Notes under the pieces: model-generated | Told to the model about the DNA's origin: nothing | Seen by the model: the letters and a program-made list of their open reading frames with translations, nothing else | Databases searched by the model: none | Origin: Trichosphaerium sp. ATCC 40318 | Lineage: Eukaryota > Protista > Tubulinea | NCBI GenBank assembly: GCA_038496445.1 | Contig: JALMLS010000070.1 | Coordinates: 1 to 64,000 of the forward strand | Length of the DNA: 64,000 nt | Direction: 5' to 3' | In this document: piece by piece, positions 1-12,970 of the stretch | How the letters are laid out: each line of letters opens with the position of its first letter | Position numbering within the stretch: position 1 is the first letter of the stretch | Program-made: the position numbers and the translations under genes

Positions 1-2
1 TG

Positions 3-755
3 TTGGAATGGAGAGATAAGTTTTGGAAACTTCAAGGTTCTGATAGTAAGCGTAAAGCTGTATCAAAAGCACCTAGTAGAGGACTATCTCCAAGGGTAAA
101 TTATACAACACCAACAGCAAAACCTATCTTACTAGCTCCTGTTGATTCTCTTTCGCAACCACTTCAAAAGAACATTGTTATAAAGCAAACAAAAAAGAAA
201 CAATGGAAACAAGATACAAAAGAAGAACGTGCAGCTAAAGCTGCACGTATAGCCAAAGCAGAAGAAGCACTAAGACTTGCTGAGAAGGAGAAACAAGAAA
301 TAGAAAAGTTAGAAAAGTTAACAATAGAGAACGATAAACAAGCTGCTGAGCATAAAGCAACTTTAGTTGAACATGAAAAGAAACTTGCAGAACATGAAGA
401 GACAGTTGCCGAACATGAAAAATTAGTTGCCGAGTCTGTACAAAAGAGGCTAGAAGCTGAGGCTGAACAAGAAAAGTCTCTGAGTAAAGCATATGAAGCA
501 GCACATGCTTGGAGGACTAAATATGAACAGCTAGAAGAAACAACAGAAAAGTTGAGAGAAGTCAATCAAAAGTTGATGGACATGTCTCATAATCCGAAAG
601 CAGGTAGTATTATGGAAGCTGAACTTGCTTCTGAATGGAAAGAAAAGTATGAGAAGCTTTTAGCTGTTACAAAATCAAAACCAGCTGGAATGGCTGGTTT
701 TGTTAGTGGATATATTGAAGCTTTTGTTTGTAATATGAAATGTTCACTTACTTAA
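3..755 (+). CDS. Coiled-coil hypothetical protein, probably 5'-partial
   Basis: 250-aa stop-free frame from the window edge. E/K/A-rich heptads (AEHEKKL-type repeats). TAA at 753-755 followed by an A-rich 3' region. Confidence 0.7.
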   Translation: MEWRDKFWKLQGSDSKRKAVSKAPSRGLSPRVNYTTPTAKPILLAPVDSLSQPLQKNIVIKQTKKKQWKQDTKEERAAKAARIAKAEEALRLAEKEKQEIEKLEKLTIENDKQAAEHKATLVEHEKKLAEHEETVAEHEKLVAESVQKRLEAEAEQEKSLSKAYEAAHAWRTKYEQLEETTEKLREVNQKLMDMSHNPKAGSIMEAELASEWKEKYEKLLAVTKSKPAGMAGFVSGYIEAFVCNMKCSLT

Positions 756-1145
756 ACCAAAACCCAAAAAAAAAATAGAAACCAAGTGCTTGTGATTGTA
801 CATTATTAAAAAAAAATAAAGCCAATAATTATATATACACTACTGAACAATGCGTTATGTTTATTGAGTAAAGGAAGAAGAAGAAGGCAGCAATGAAGGT
901 GATATTTTAGAAATGTGCTTGTTGAGTCTTTGTTAACATAAGTCCATATTATCCTGTAGTTGCTCTTTCTGTTATGATGCTAATATAAAGCAAAGCGTGG
1001 TTTTATTGAGGTTTGGACAATTACAAAAGGTACAAGTAGATAACAAATATTGTGGTCGATAGTGTTCAGCGAAAGGTCCAAGGATATCTTCAGTGAATAT
1101 TAAGTACGTAACTTAACACTTTCTTATTTCATAAGTAAAAGTCTT

Positions 1146-1769
1146 CTAATGCGGAGCGTTCATAGCCATATGCCTTACCTTATCCCATTCAGATAGGAAT
1201 TTTTTTGGGCAAGGTGTTCTCTTGAATTTTGTTTTCTGTTGTAGCTCATGTCGGTACATACGAATACCGAACATTGTATCTGTAGTAGTGTACAAACATC
1301 CATGAGCATATACCATTTGATCAAAACCACCACGTATCCATAGCTTTTTATAAAAGCGACAAAACTTGGTTACTACTAAAACATAACACCATTTACCCAT
1401 TGAAAAGAAAATAAGACCACACTCGCCAGCACATGCTGAATCTAACTTTGAACCAGTAGGAGCTGTGAAGAATATTTCGTTTGTCGTATCATCAATGATA
1501 TTCTGTCCTTCAATGTGGACAGAAGTCCATGCTGGAGGGACAACTTGAGCTGTTATTTTTAAAATCTTTGATTTGTTTTTGATAGTTGTGGTGTGACATT
1601 TGATTGTGTTGTTGAAAATACTATCATAGACAGTGAACTTAGTTGAAGTTAGAAATGGATATAAGTATATCATGCTTACTATGGCACGAAAACGTATTTT
1701 AATATCGCAAGAAGCCATCTGTAGCGCTTTGTCTATCATTTCTGGCGGTAAATCAAGAAGACAGGCCAT
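1146..1769 (-). CDS. Intronless F-box-like hypothetical protein
   Basis: ATG at 1769. N-terminus MACLLDLPPEMIDKALQ matches the L-x-x-L-P-x-E F-box start. The rest is beta-rich and unrecognised. Confidence 0.6.
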   Translation of the reverse strand: MACLLDLPPEMIDKALQMASCDIKIRFRAIVSMIYLYPFLTSTKFTVYDSIFNNTIKCHTTTIKNKSKILKITAQVVPPAWTSVHIEGQNIIDDTTNEIFFTAPTGSKLDSACAGECGLIFFSMGKWCYVLVVTKFCRFYKKLWIRGGFDQMVYAHGCLYTTTDTMFGIRMYRHELQQKTKFKRTPCPKKFLSEWDKVRHMAMNAPH

Positions 1770-2348
1770 TGATAATTCTTGCGTATGATTGGGTGTTAGT
1801 GTGGTTATGATCAAAAGGTATTTATAAATCTAATAAAAGAAGATTTATGGTAAACTTATCATAAATTCGAAGCGGTTTTGACTTACGGTTCAATAAATAC
1901 CTTTCTTCATGTTGGCGTAACGACTACCGCGGGAAAATGTAGTGTTATTATCACTTACAAAATCTAGTCAGCCATACACTGAATAAATGCACTTGAAACC
2001 AAATGAACTAAAGAACCATCACTACTCATAGTTTTGATTTACATTGTAACAATTGTGACGTTTGAACCTGTGTTTGATGTATTCGATATGAGTGCTACTT
2101 CTGGACTATTTACAAAGTTTAAAAAAAGATCTCCATCTTTAGAAACTACATCGTAGATGCAAGAAGATCATTAATGGAGGAACTAGATTTGTGAGTTTGA
2201 CAGCAATATGAAAAACTTATCTAGGTTTTTAAAGAATAGATTTCAAGGAAGTTCTTCACTACAATGCTACTAATAGATTAGTTTATGTAATCCAACCAGG
2301 TAAAAACTAGGTTAACAGAGCGTTAATAAAGCTATACATTTTTTTATT

Positions 2349-2834
2349 TTACAAGTACTCTTCTCTGAAGTCAAATTCTTCGCTACTACTTGACATGTGT
2401 ACATTGTCTGTTATCTTCTTTCTTGCTATCAATCTTTTGAGGTCTTCATTGCTCACATCACAATCTGGAGCATATACCATCTTGACACGAAGTGCTTCAT
2501 TGCCACGTTTATACTTGTTCCGAAGAGGAATATCAAAAGTTCCTGCGAACACACTGTTCATATCTCCAAACTCATCCAAGTGTATCACAGCCTTACCAAT
2601 AGTTTTCTTAACACCAGAAAGTCGCTTTTTTAATTTAAAATCAACAAACATGAGCTCCGTAGTACTAGAAACAACTTTGATTGGACTTGGCATTTGCTTT
2701 GCTGATGTGTTCAGCACACGTTTTTTACGACGCCTGGTATCAGCAGAGGACCGTAGTTTTACTTCCAAGATACAATCAGGAGCTGTGTTTGTGTCTTCGA
2801 CGCTAATACTTAGTGCGCCCTCTAGTATAGCCAT
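2349..2834 (-). CDS. C2-domain-like small protein
   Basis: ATG at 2834. GALSISVE...ILEVKL...FVDFKLKKR...KTIGKAVIHLDEF...FDIPL...LRVKMVY follows the C2 strand pattern. Confidence 0.55.
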   Translation of the reverse strand: MAILEGALSISVEDTNTAPDCILEVKLRSSADTRRRKKRVLNTSAKQMPSPIKVVSSTTELMFVDFKLKKRLSGVKKTIGKAVIHLDEFGDMNSVFAGTFDIPLRNKYKRGNEALRVKMVYAPDCDVSNEDLKRLIARKKITDNVHMSSSSEEFDFREEYL

Positions 2835-3203
2835 GTTTTGAGTCTTCCTTTGCGCGCTGTCCACAAGATCTCGAAGCACTACATGCTGTTGGTACAATAC
2901 TTAATTTTTTTGCCTGCTAACGTACGTTCCCTTCTTGCCATTTTATAATCACGTGGTTGTGGTGCGATGCTCCCTTTATTTATCTGGTCTGAAATTTATG
3001 CACAACAGTATTGTTGTAGTTTTGTAAAAGCGTTTGTGATCGCAGTCAAACTTGTTGTTATAGAACCTGGCATGTAGATAATACGTAACCACGTGACAAT
3101 TTGGTAAAATACTACAAGTTTAAAACTCACGTGCGTACTTAATACTACGACCCGGTAGGTACTGCAAGTGCGCTTATATGGATTATCACAGACAGAAAAC
3201 CCG

Positions 3204-3227
3204 AACAGTAATTAATTAATTACTGTT
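3204..3227. repeat. Perfect 24-bp palindrome
   Basis: aacagtaattaa|ttaattactgtt is its own reverse complement. Confidence 0.9.
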
Positions 3228-4260
3228 AGGAATGTGCTACAATAAAACTACAAATAGTTTCGCTACCAGATTGTTCCAAATTACCATGTTTTACCTGGAT
3301 CATACGAATTGTACTGGCTTTGTGATCATACCTTAGAAATTTCGTTGAAGTCAACCTTTAAGAAACCTGTTGAAAAGTTAACATGTTTATTACAATGTTG
3401 TCAACATGCAAATTTAGTCCACTCATAACTTGAACTACTTTTTATTCCTGCATGTAGTTTCTCATGGCAATAAACTTTGTAAATACATCTGAAGTAAGGT
3501 ATGAACAATATTCACTTCCAAACATTTATCTGTTTGCATAGACAAGACCATCTCCATAAAAAGTCGCCGAGGTTGTTTTTTTTTGGCAGAAAAAAATGCC
3601 GTTTCGTGATGTTGTTTCGTTTACACGTGATAAGCATAGCGTACAAGTTTATAATTTGCCATATTCTTAGGCACCTTGTCGCTGTCAAGTTATAATCTCT
3701 GAATCTGATAATATAGTGACCACACTGACGTCCTTCTTACAATACACGTAAGAAAGCTGTAATTAGCGTTAACACTATGACTATCAGAATGAATACAGAG
3801 GCTGATAAAGAGTAAAGTATTGGGGACGTAAAAAGTAACTAATTCTTCTCAATCAGGCGAAATTTATTTGTAGCAAAAGATTGTATAGAAATGAAAAGTA
3901 TGCTTGAAGAATCCACCAGGCATAAATATGCGAGTAAATTCACCAACGAGAATTCAATGATAATACCAACAGTACAACAACACGCAACAGCTTACAAGTG
4001 TCTTGCTTTTAAAGACCGAAGTGCTAACATGAAAAAGACGTGGTTTAGCTGGCATAGTTTATAACGTACCCTCAAAGGACTTGGTATCTTTTTAAAGTTA
4101 ATTTGGCAAAACGCAGCAATCTGAGGCATGCACTTGTTAGAGGTCTTCAGTTTTTCAGAAGATAGATATGTTTCAGAAAATGTGGTATGTACCGAAAATA
4201 AATAAGTTAGACTCCACTGGCTTTGTTTTAACCAACTTTAAATATTAAGTATATTTATTA

Positions 4261-5128
4261 TTACAATGAGCAAGCCCATGCTACAGCGTCAACATTTACA
4301 GCAAAGTCAAAAGAATTAAGCTCTATGTGTGACACCTCATCGGTACATTCCCATTTCCACGCAACACAATGTCTTTCGTTTAGTACACGGCGTACTTCTT
4401 GGTTTACTTCCCACCAACGCGATTTTTCAGATTCTTTTAATGTAAAACGCCATGAAAGGCCTTTCTTGCGCGTATCAAGCATGTTAACCCACCTAGAAAG
4501 CAAAAGTAAGCACATCAACATTCTTTTTTTGGTTCAGAGTCTAAACAGACGAAAAGTCGATCTTTTTTTTTTAATGTATAACATACCTAGACATTGACCT
4601 ATACGTGCTGTAATCGTTTATTGGTCTCTTAGTTTTCTCAGAGCAGAATATAGCTACTGAAAGCATGAATGAGTCATGGTTACTACCAAGCGTAAGTATA
4701 ACACGTGTAACAATCAAGGTAAAAAACAAACAACCCTCTAATTTTTTAGCACGCACATAACTTTATAAAAACTTCCTTCCTGATCATCCGCAGGTATAAC
4801 ACCTAGCTTTAGAGATATTGTCATAGCCAAGGCATATAATACAGGTCTTGTTGATTTACCGAAGACTTTCTGTAACATAGGGTCATAGTCTAAAGAGAAG
4901 AGCGAGAATGGATCCTTTATGAAAAAATTAGAACAAAAAAATTGCCTGTAAATAAAATGGTTTCTATTATTTTTCTGCTCTTTGTAAACATCGTACCGCG
5001 CTCTCATTACTTCTTTGTCCATTGTCGTCTTTGTTACCATTCAGAGCGAAGCTCACTTCTTTGTAACTGGGTACGCCAATGTTATTATTGTTTAGGACTG
5101 TACAAAACTTTGGGGTGACTGGTATCAT
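4261..5128 (-). CDS. Hypothetical protein, 4 exons; paralog of 50222-51175
   Basis: Spliced product MIPVTPKFCTVL...|DPFSLFSLDYDPMLQKVFGK...|NHDSFMLS...YSTYRSMS|RWVNMLDTRKKG...NSFDFAVNVDAVAWACSL. Same introns and motifs as the second copy. Start codon uncertain. Confidence 0.8.
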
Positions 5129-6789
5129 GTGATCAATGCAGATTTTCTTAGTGAACTCTTTGCTGTTGGCGAAACTGATAGAATTGCCTGTGAAATGATT
5201 GCGCAATGTGAACTTGAACTGAGCGCATCATGAATTAGTTTGACATGACGCGTCATCGTCATGTGAATTTAAGACGTTATCACGTGCCTAAGCCTTTTTT
5301 TGTACACGGTGAGCGGTTTGTTTTATTTTTGTTTTCACCTCTTTTCGTGGTGCGAAGGAGGTTCCGTGGAGGTTAATACTCGTATGTGGGCGAACTAGAA
5401 GTGGTTTTAGCAAAAAGTTGTTCTTTTAATTTCCTTCTTTATAATAATACGTGCCGTAGTAAGCAGCAAAGTTTGGGTATTGATTTATCCGGTTGCTACT
5501 AGTAGAGGTAATAGAAACAAGAAAGGCAATGTAGATCCATGTTGTGAGTGTATGAGCCGCGTTGGTGGGAAGTAAACCACGAGCGAAAAGTAAAACTACT
5601 TGCGCTAGTATTGCAAGGATTTAATCATACAAAGCGCCTGACTGGAGAATCACCTTGCTTCCCTGTAGTAGAACATTAGAAAGGGCGCGTCGCAAACCCT
5701 AAAGTTGCTACTATACCTTGTTGCAATACCTGTGAGGAGGGAGAGTAACGGTGGCAATATTGATATTTAGCTAAGAATTTGATGTCAAAGCAGATCCAAA
5801 TTGTCAACACTCGTCAGTCGCGGTCTACTAACCGTGCGGTCCACCAACCGTACGGCGCTTTGAATAGCTCTTGTACCAAGGAGTACCGAATAAGCTTCAA
5901 TAACAACAAACGCAGGTATGGTAGTGACTGTAGTGTTTAGTGCTAGGTGGCTAATGAGTGCTACCCGCTTTTGTTTCGGTAACACTAAGCTATTTGCTTC
6001 ATGGTTTCACTAGCACAGGTCTTTCTACGCGTCATGTGCCAACATTACAAGTACCGGTTGAAAAGGATTGTTTATAATCACGTGATGTTGAATAGTTTTT
6101 TTTAGAATTATTTTAATGTCACTTGTTAAGTTTTGGCTGATATTAGGCCTAAGGAGTTTAATAAGAGATGATGTATACTACGGGATTTGTCTGCGGACAC
6201 TTATCGAAACGTTTTTTTATAAAAACTCCGTTACAAGTACCGAAAACGCGTCTGCCAAATCATCGGCTTGTAAGCTTGAATATTCAACAAGAACGCCATT
6301 GTAATGGTTGTAGAACACAACCTAGAACAATTTGGGACTATGTTAGCTACACAGACTGCCTGTTTTTGGGAATCACTCCATTCTTGTGTTGACGGAAAAT
6401 ATTACTTTATTTAGTGCACAACACAGACGTACAAAATAAACTCCTCGCCATTTGATTACAGCATAAGTAGCAAGGTGTATAAACAGAGCCACATCATCAA
6501 TATTATACTTATATTGTCTACTGGCTACCAAACAGTCATTTCCATCATTCCAAAAATAGTTTTTTTACATGTATTCTCCATCTGCACCTATAGTCTTCTA
6601 AAGCTACAGACAAAAATTTAGGAGCTAAGGCCTAGTGGCCACAATTACGTTTACGTTAGAACATCTAGGTTTCTTGAATATAATTGTCTCCGCCTTAACG
6701 AAATGGATCCATATTATGCAATGTTCAGTATTATTTCAGTTTGGAAGCTAGCTTCCAATTCATTTACAGAATAAACTTATGTACACCTT

Positions 6790-7450
6790 CTATTAACGCA
6801 TTTATTGATTGTTTCGAATGTTACTGTAAGGTCTGGGTTTGGTTCAGTAAGAAATTTACTGAAGGTAGAACGGAAACCTGATGGATCTTCATTCTGGTCT
6901 ACTACAAGAAACGTAAGGCAACAAAACTAACAGTATACCAAGTTTAAATTTAATACTTCCTGGTGGCTTTGTGATTGTAAAGCGTCTCACAATACTAATC
7001 ATTGTAACGAATTCTGTTGTTGCAAGGTTCTGACCAATAGCAGTTTCTTGGACCACTGAATGGAACCAAGAAAAAGAGCTTGCACCTGTTGTAGTAAATC
7101 TATCTGGATTGAAGGTATTTGAGTATTGCCTGTGAGTTAACAGTAACTAAACCTCAAACAATATACCGCATACCATAATTCTGGGTCACGCATAACAAAG
7201 AATTTTGTCAGAAGGACATTTTGGCCTGCCTTTAGATTAGTATTTATAAAATGGTTTGAAGGATCAAGGTGGGTCCTCTAAAGTGTAGCTGTACGTCATT
7301 GATAGCTCTTGTTTTTAAATACGAACCAGGAAATTATTCGAAGGACAAAGACATCAAGTGCAAAAAAAGAAAGGCTTACTCAATACCTTGGAACGTCTGG
7401 TTAGACAACTGACACTAGTTGCAAAGGTACTTTGACTCCAGCTTGACAAC
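6790..7450 (-). pseudogene. Cytochrome P450 C-terminal pseudogene fragment
   Basis: AGQNVLLTKFFVMRDPELW|QYSNTFNPDRF (PERF-like motif), then VPFSGPRNC / IGQNLA heme motif split across frames. No intact N-terminus seen. Confidence 0.75.
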
Positions 7451-7569
7451 ACAATAGACAGTTGTTAAGCTCGCTCACTAAACTCAGTGTACCCGAAATA
7501 ACATCTTGAAATTATGGGTTTAAGTTAACCAGCAAAAGTGGATCCATCTTTCCTAAATCAAACATAAAC

Positions 7570-10565
7570 ATGTTACAACGTCACACAGTGTTTCTATTTC
7601 TCGCTATTACACTTACGAATGTACGGTTTTGCTCTTTCCCAAAAACTTTCGCACTACAGGTTAAACAATTCTCCTACACGGTTAAAATCAAGCCTATTAT
7701 TACAACATAACGCTTGAAAACACGTGTTTACTAATGTCACAAGAAAATTACAAGTTTGGTGGGTTTTTTTTTGAAGACCTTAGCGCTGTAAGCGCATCAA
7801 GCAAAGCTAAAACGCATGAATTTGAGAAACACTAAGTAATGTCCCACCCAATTTTTAATTTATATTTATTAGGTGATTGTAGCGCAGCCCACAGCGCCTT
7901 CAGGTACCATAAAAACGCGGAACGAGAGCAAAAATTTATTTAATTTTTTGTCACAGCGCCTCTCGCTCCTGTTTCGCCAACACAAACGCCTACCGCTCCT
8001 GTTTCACCAACACCAACGCCTACCGCTCCTGTCTCGCCAACACAAGCGCCTACCGCTCCTGTCTCGCCAACACAAACGCCTACCGCTCCTGTATCACCAA
8101 CATCAGAGCCCACTACTGTTACACCAACACAAATGCCAACTGCTCCTACAATGGCTCCCGTTTCACCTACACCCGCACCTACTGTTGTGCCTACGCCGCC
8201 TGTTTCACCTACAGTAGCTCCTGTCGCTCCTACGCCTGCCCCAGTCTCTCCTACAAGTGCACCAACGCCTTCACCTGTAATAAGTTTCACGTGCTACATT
8301 TCACCACAAGGTTTGTCAACTGTACGTATCCGCGATCGTTTTTGTTTTACATACGGCTAACCATTGCATACAATAGAACAATGGAACTAATGAATTCCCA
8401 TTCTTTAACATCAGTGATTGTTTCAACTCTCGACCAAACTCTAGTGTTCTACAAGAAGCAATCGTCATCGCTTCTGGTATGTTTGTCAAATCACGCTTAC
8501 AACACGTGATTTCTTGGTTTTAAGTCAACCTTATAAAACTTTGTAGGTGGCGTGTACAACTACACATCTCAACAAAAGGCTGTCATTTCGCGTCTGAATG
8601 TTACAAGTATCACAATAAAGTCCATAGGACTTAAAAGTGAGTTCCGTGGAGTAGGATTGGTACGAAAAACTTGTTTTAGATAAGAACTTACTCAGCAAAG
8701 GATCTTTGTTTTGATGCTTCTGTTGCACACATTATTGACTCCATTGATGCTTATCCATTTAAAATATGCCCTAATGGGATTGCGAAGCTTGAGGACACTT
8801 TTAAAATTGTCAATAGTGTATTACGTGAAGGTAAGTTGTAATTACAAAAAAACCTAACTAAAAACCATACTTACTCCTTTTATTTAGTTCAAATTGACTT
8901 ACCATTCATCAAGTCGTTCGAAGTAATAGACTCAGAAATAACTGATAAACTATCCCTTGCGAAATTCCTAACACTAGAGATCATAATGGAAAATGTTAAC
9001 ATTACAAATTTTATTCTTTGTGCGCACATTTCGAAATGAGTTCACGTTCACTTTACACCTCTTTTTTTTTTTAATTCTCCTTGAGCTAACGTTTTCTTAA
9101 CTAAAGCTACTCCCACTGGATGTTCTAAGCTAGATTTATATGGTGTCATATCTACAAATGTTGCTTTCAGAACAGACTGTGATCAATGTACATTCTTGTT
9201 TGAAGTTTTGACATGTGATATGTAGCATGTGACTTACTCTTTACTAGCTACTATCAGGTTGAGCTCTTTCACACAATCTAGCCTAGATTTGAGTCGGTCA
9301 ATAAGCGTCTCAATCGATGAGTCATCTTTCAGTAACTACATGGGTGGCTCCGACAATGTAAGTTGAAAAAAATAGAGAAAAAAAGCTTTTTCCATGTCGT
9401 TGTATCTAACCTCCTTTGTTTGAAGCCTGTTTTGGTTTTAGCAAGTGCCATACCAGAGAATTACACCATTTCAATCATAAACTCAATCTTTGCTGATAAC
9501 GGGTACATTCAGAAACATGCCCTTTTTGTGAAAATGCCGAAAACACGTGTTTCCAAGTTCATTTAACGTTTGTCTTGTATTAATGCTGTAACGTTCACAG
9601 GGTGGATTTCGAGGAACCAGTATATTCTTCATATTATTCTACCATATTGTTTGGCAATGCTTTTTTCGATTCAGCAAACAATGCATCAATTGTTATTTCT
9701 GGATGTACTTTCATAAACAACACTGCAATTTTAAAGAACACAACTATATTTGCTCCTCCTTTCGGAAGAGGTTCCAAAAAAAGACTTGATTGGCCTAACA
9801 ACAGCACACTTGACTTTAATACTGAACCGAAAACTCCAAGTAAGATAACCTCTAGTGGTTCTCTGTTTAACTTATCATTTTTCTTAGCTTGTTTCCCTGG
9901 ATCAGACACTTTATCAAAGAACGACACTTGCGTTCTATGTGACTATGGCCAGTACTCACCAAAAGGCGGTATGTGTCAGCCATGCCCTGCTGGTAATATT
10001 GCGAAACTACAAGGTCAAGATAAATGTGAACCTTGTCGCCCAGGACTATTCCAAAACGAAACGTACAACTGATTTAAACAGTTTTTTGACATTTAACTGA
10101 TTTTGATACCTAGTGGACAAGGTAGATGCAATTCTTGTCCTCGATGGACTATTGCTCCTGGTCTTGGTAGTATAACTTGCACATTATGTGGTCCCGGGAA
10201 TTACACAATAGACAATTTGAAATGCACACCATGCCAAGCAGGTAAAAACTTTTTTTTTGTTAAGTACCACTTGACTTAAAGCAATCTAGGTTCTTACCAA
10301 ACACCTCACGACTCAGATAGTGCCCTTGTATGTACTTCATGCCAATGGTTTGAAGGATCAAAGGAAGGCGCTGTAAAGTGTAATTGTACGCCATTTATTC
10401 TTTTATTTGCACATAAAGTAACTTGGTTTTTTTATAGTTGGCAGCACAGTTATCTATGTTGTTATTGCTGGTGGTATACTTATTGTAGCTGCTGTTATCT
10501 TGATTATTGTATACTGTACTTGCTGCAGAAAGAAAAAACGGCAAGGATACATGCAAGTAGGATAG
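7570..10565 (+). CDS. Type I membrane protein: signal peptide, Pro/Thr mucin stalk, beta-helix-like region, Cys-rich ephrin-receptor-like repeats, TM, short tail
   Basis: MLQRHTVFLFLAITLTN|VIVAQP signal. APVSPT repeats. ISGCTFINNTA. CQPCPAG/CEPCRPG/CNSCPRG repeats. TM VIYVVIAGGILIVAAVILIIVY, then CCRKKKRQGYMQVG*. Many GT-AG introns. Confidence 0.85.
7957..8102 (+). repeat. Coding 30-bp tandem repeat (~5 units; PTAPVSPTQT)
   Basis: cgcctaccgctcctgtNtcRccaacacMaR repeated with period 30. Confidence 0.9.
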
Positions 10566-11248
10566 ACAAAAGCTCCTTCGGAGAGAGCAGTAGTTAACTG
10601 TAATTATTAATAAAGTGATTCATCCCTTCTTTCTTAACATTCCACGGATTAAACTATATGTGTGTGCACTGCTACTATTTGGTCGGGCAGAACACCATCA
10701 AACAACTTTTGTTACCCATACAATTTACCTGCAACAATTCTAAAAAATCTTGTAGAAGTACAAAAAAGAGCCAGTATTACAGGTAGCTGTGGATCTACTA
10801 GTGTACTTAAACTGGTCATGGATAAGGCATGACTTTTTACCAAACGTTCTTATACCTTCGCCAGCCAGAACTACCACAGGGTTCATCTTGGGATATTATT
10901 TAAGGATCACTTCCTGAACTACCTCCAACAGAGGTAGGCACTTTTTGGAGTACCATTTCTGTGGGACAAGTTTGGTGCTGTGCTACGAGTGCAATAACAA
11001 CTGTGCTGCACCACAACCTCCATCAACTTTACCTCCTACAACTGAAGCGCTAACCACTGTTATTCAAGCTTGTCTTGGTATGCTACATGCCATATTTTTC
11101 GTTTATAGATACCCTAGCTTTACTTTTGCAGCACTTGTTAGCAAGTAATTCGAAATCACGAGTTAGCAACATTTGAAAACAGGTTATTTGTTAAACATGA
11201 GAGAAGTCGATTGACTTTTTTAAGTAAACTCAATTGTTTACACGTAAT

Positions 11249-12660
11249 ATGCAGCACACTGAACGGTAAGTCTTTACGTAAACGTCTCAGAGAAAAAGTA
11301 ACGCTTTGTTAGGAATACTTCACCCCTTCATCTTCTATACCTCCCAATAGAACTCTTGACGCTAATACTACAACTATTACCCAGATTCATGCGATTTAGA
11401 GCATCAAACGTTTGTATGCTTTTATCAGAGATAATACACCTGCACGTAGGTTATACTTTCCTCAATATAACAGACCATCAAAGCCTTAACCTACTAAGAG
11501 ACTCTCATTTGATAAAAAACACTGGAATTAACTTAACATCGTTTACTGGCTTAAAAGATGAAGATTTAACGGGATTTGATGGAGCATATAAACTATGGCT
11601 TCGTAGTGTACATATAACAGATATTGGTCTTTCAAAAATATCACGTGTCAGAAGTTTATTACTTTGGAATTGCACTGGGATATCAGGAGAAGGTTTAAAA
11701 ACTGTTTCTGGACTTAAGGAGATAACAGTTTTAAGTTGCGATCAATTAGAACCTAGTAGCTATAAGGCTTTTGCTGGAGCAGAAATAATTAGTTTGAATT
11801 GTTCAAATGTAAATGATGAAGCTGTAAAAACATTCGCTGGTGTAAAGACTATAAAACTAATCGGTTGTAGATATATTACAGATTCCTCAATATATGCACT
11901 CTCAGGTGCACATACAATACACCTAAGTTCAACTAATATAACAGACAAAGGTATAAAATCGCTTTTATCATCAAAGAAGAATAAGGGAAGTATTCGCAAT
12001 ATCTTACTTTCAGAGCTAAAAATAACAGATGAATCACTTTTTGCTTTGGGTTCTTATGGTGTTCCTCACACTGTAGATATTTGTTGTTGTAAGAATATTA
12101 CAGACATCGGTATTTGTGCGCTAGAGGGCGTTCATACAATTGCATTGAGTTATACGAAAGTTGGAGATGAGGGATTGAGTGCTTTGAGCGGAGCTTATAG
12201 TATCACTATTGATGATTGTAGTCGGGTTACAGCCAAAGGGATTAAAGCTATTAGCGGCGTTCATTACATTAGTATGCGCCATAATAAGCAAGCAGGAGAC
12301 GATTGGCTTCAGGCTATATCGAGTAATACTCATACGATCAATCTTGCCTATTGTAGGAACATTACTGATAAGGGTATTGTGTCACTTTCTAATGCTTCAC
12401 ATGTTATACTTGCAGGTTGTTTGAAAGTAACAGATGAAGGTCTTAGATCATTGAGTAACGCAAAGGTTATATCACTTGCTTGTTGTAGTAGTGAGATCAC
12501 TGATAATGGTATAAAGCACTTGACAAGTGTTGAAGAATTGAATGTAACAAGATGTTCAAGTGTTTCTAGTAATTGCTTACAATACCTTCCATCACTCAAA
12601 AAGCTGTCAGCCAAACGTACACAAATAGGATATAAGTACAGGAATAAATACAAAAAATAG
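11249..12660 (+). CDS. F-box / leucine-rich repeat (cysteine-containing LRR) protein
   Basis: ATG at 11249, one intron (11266-11312), then LLYLPIELLTLILQLL F-box and many ITDxGIxxLxxxxxIxLxxC repeats. Confidence 0.85.
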
Positions 12661-12970
12661 GACAAAGAATACAACTTGGTGTTGATGACAACATTCTTCC
12701 TTACACTCTTGCAGTATTGAATTCAAATAAAAGTATAGTGATCTGCATTTGCTCCAGGTTGTGGAAATTATCTCGCTGTTATACACATCTGTTTGCTTTT
12801 ACTTTTACTGTTGGACTGAAGATGCAAATAGCGTTCACTACCCTCATGCCTTATATGACTATGGCAACACTATCTCAAGAGAATGTATTGATAGGCTTGA
12901 AGCCTTATCCATGGATGTCTTCTTAGTCTAAATCAGCGTCTTACAAAATTAAAAATGATTAAGCTAATGA

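Noticed and set aside
164-565. Long antisense ORFs (also 2395-2841, 7940-8290, 25306-25839, 46596-47033)
   Set aside because: Shadow frames opposite low-complexity or repetitive coding exons, with no independent motifs.
10860-11000. LFGVPFLWDKF resembling an acyl-CoA synthetase motif
   Set aside because: One short motif with no extendable frame.
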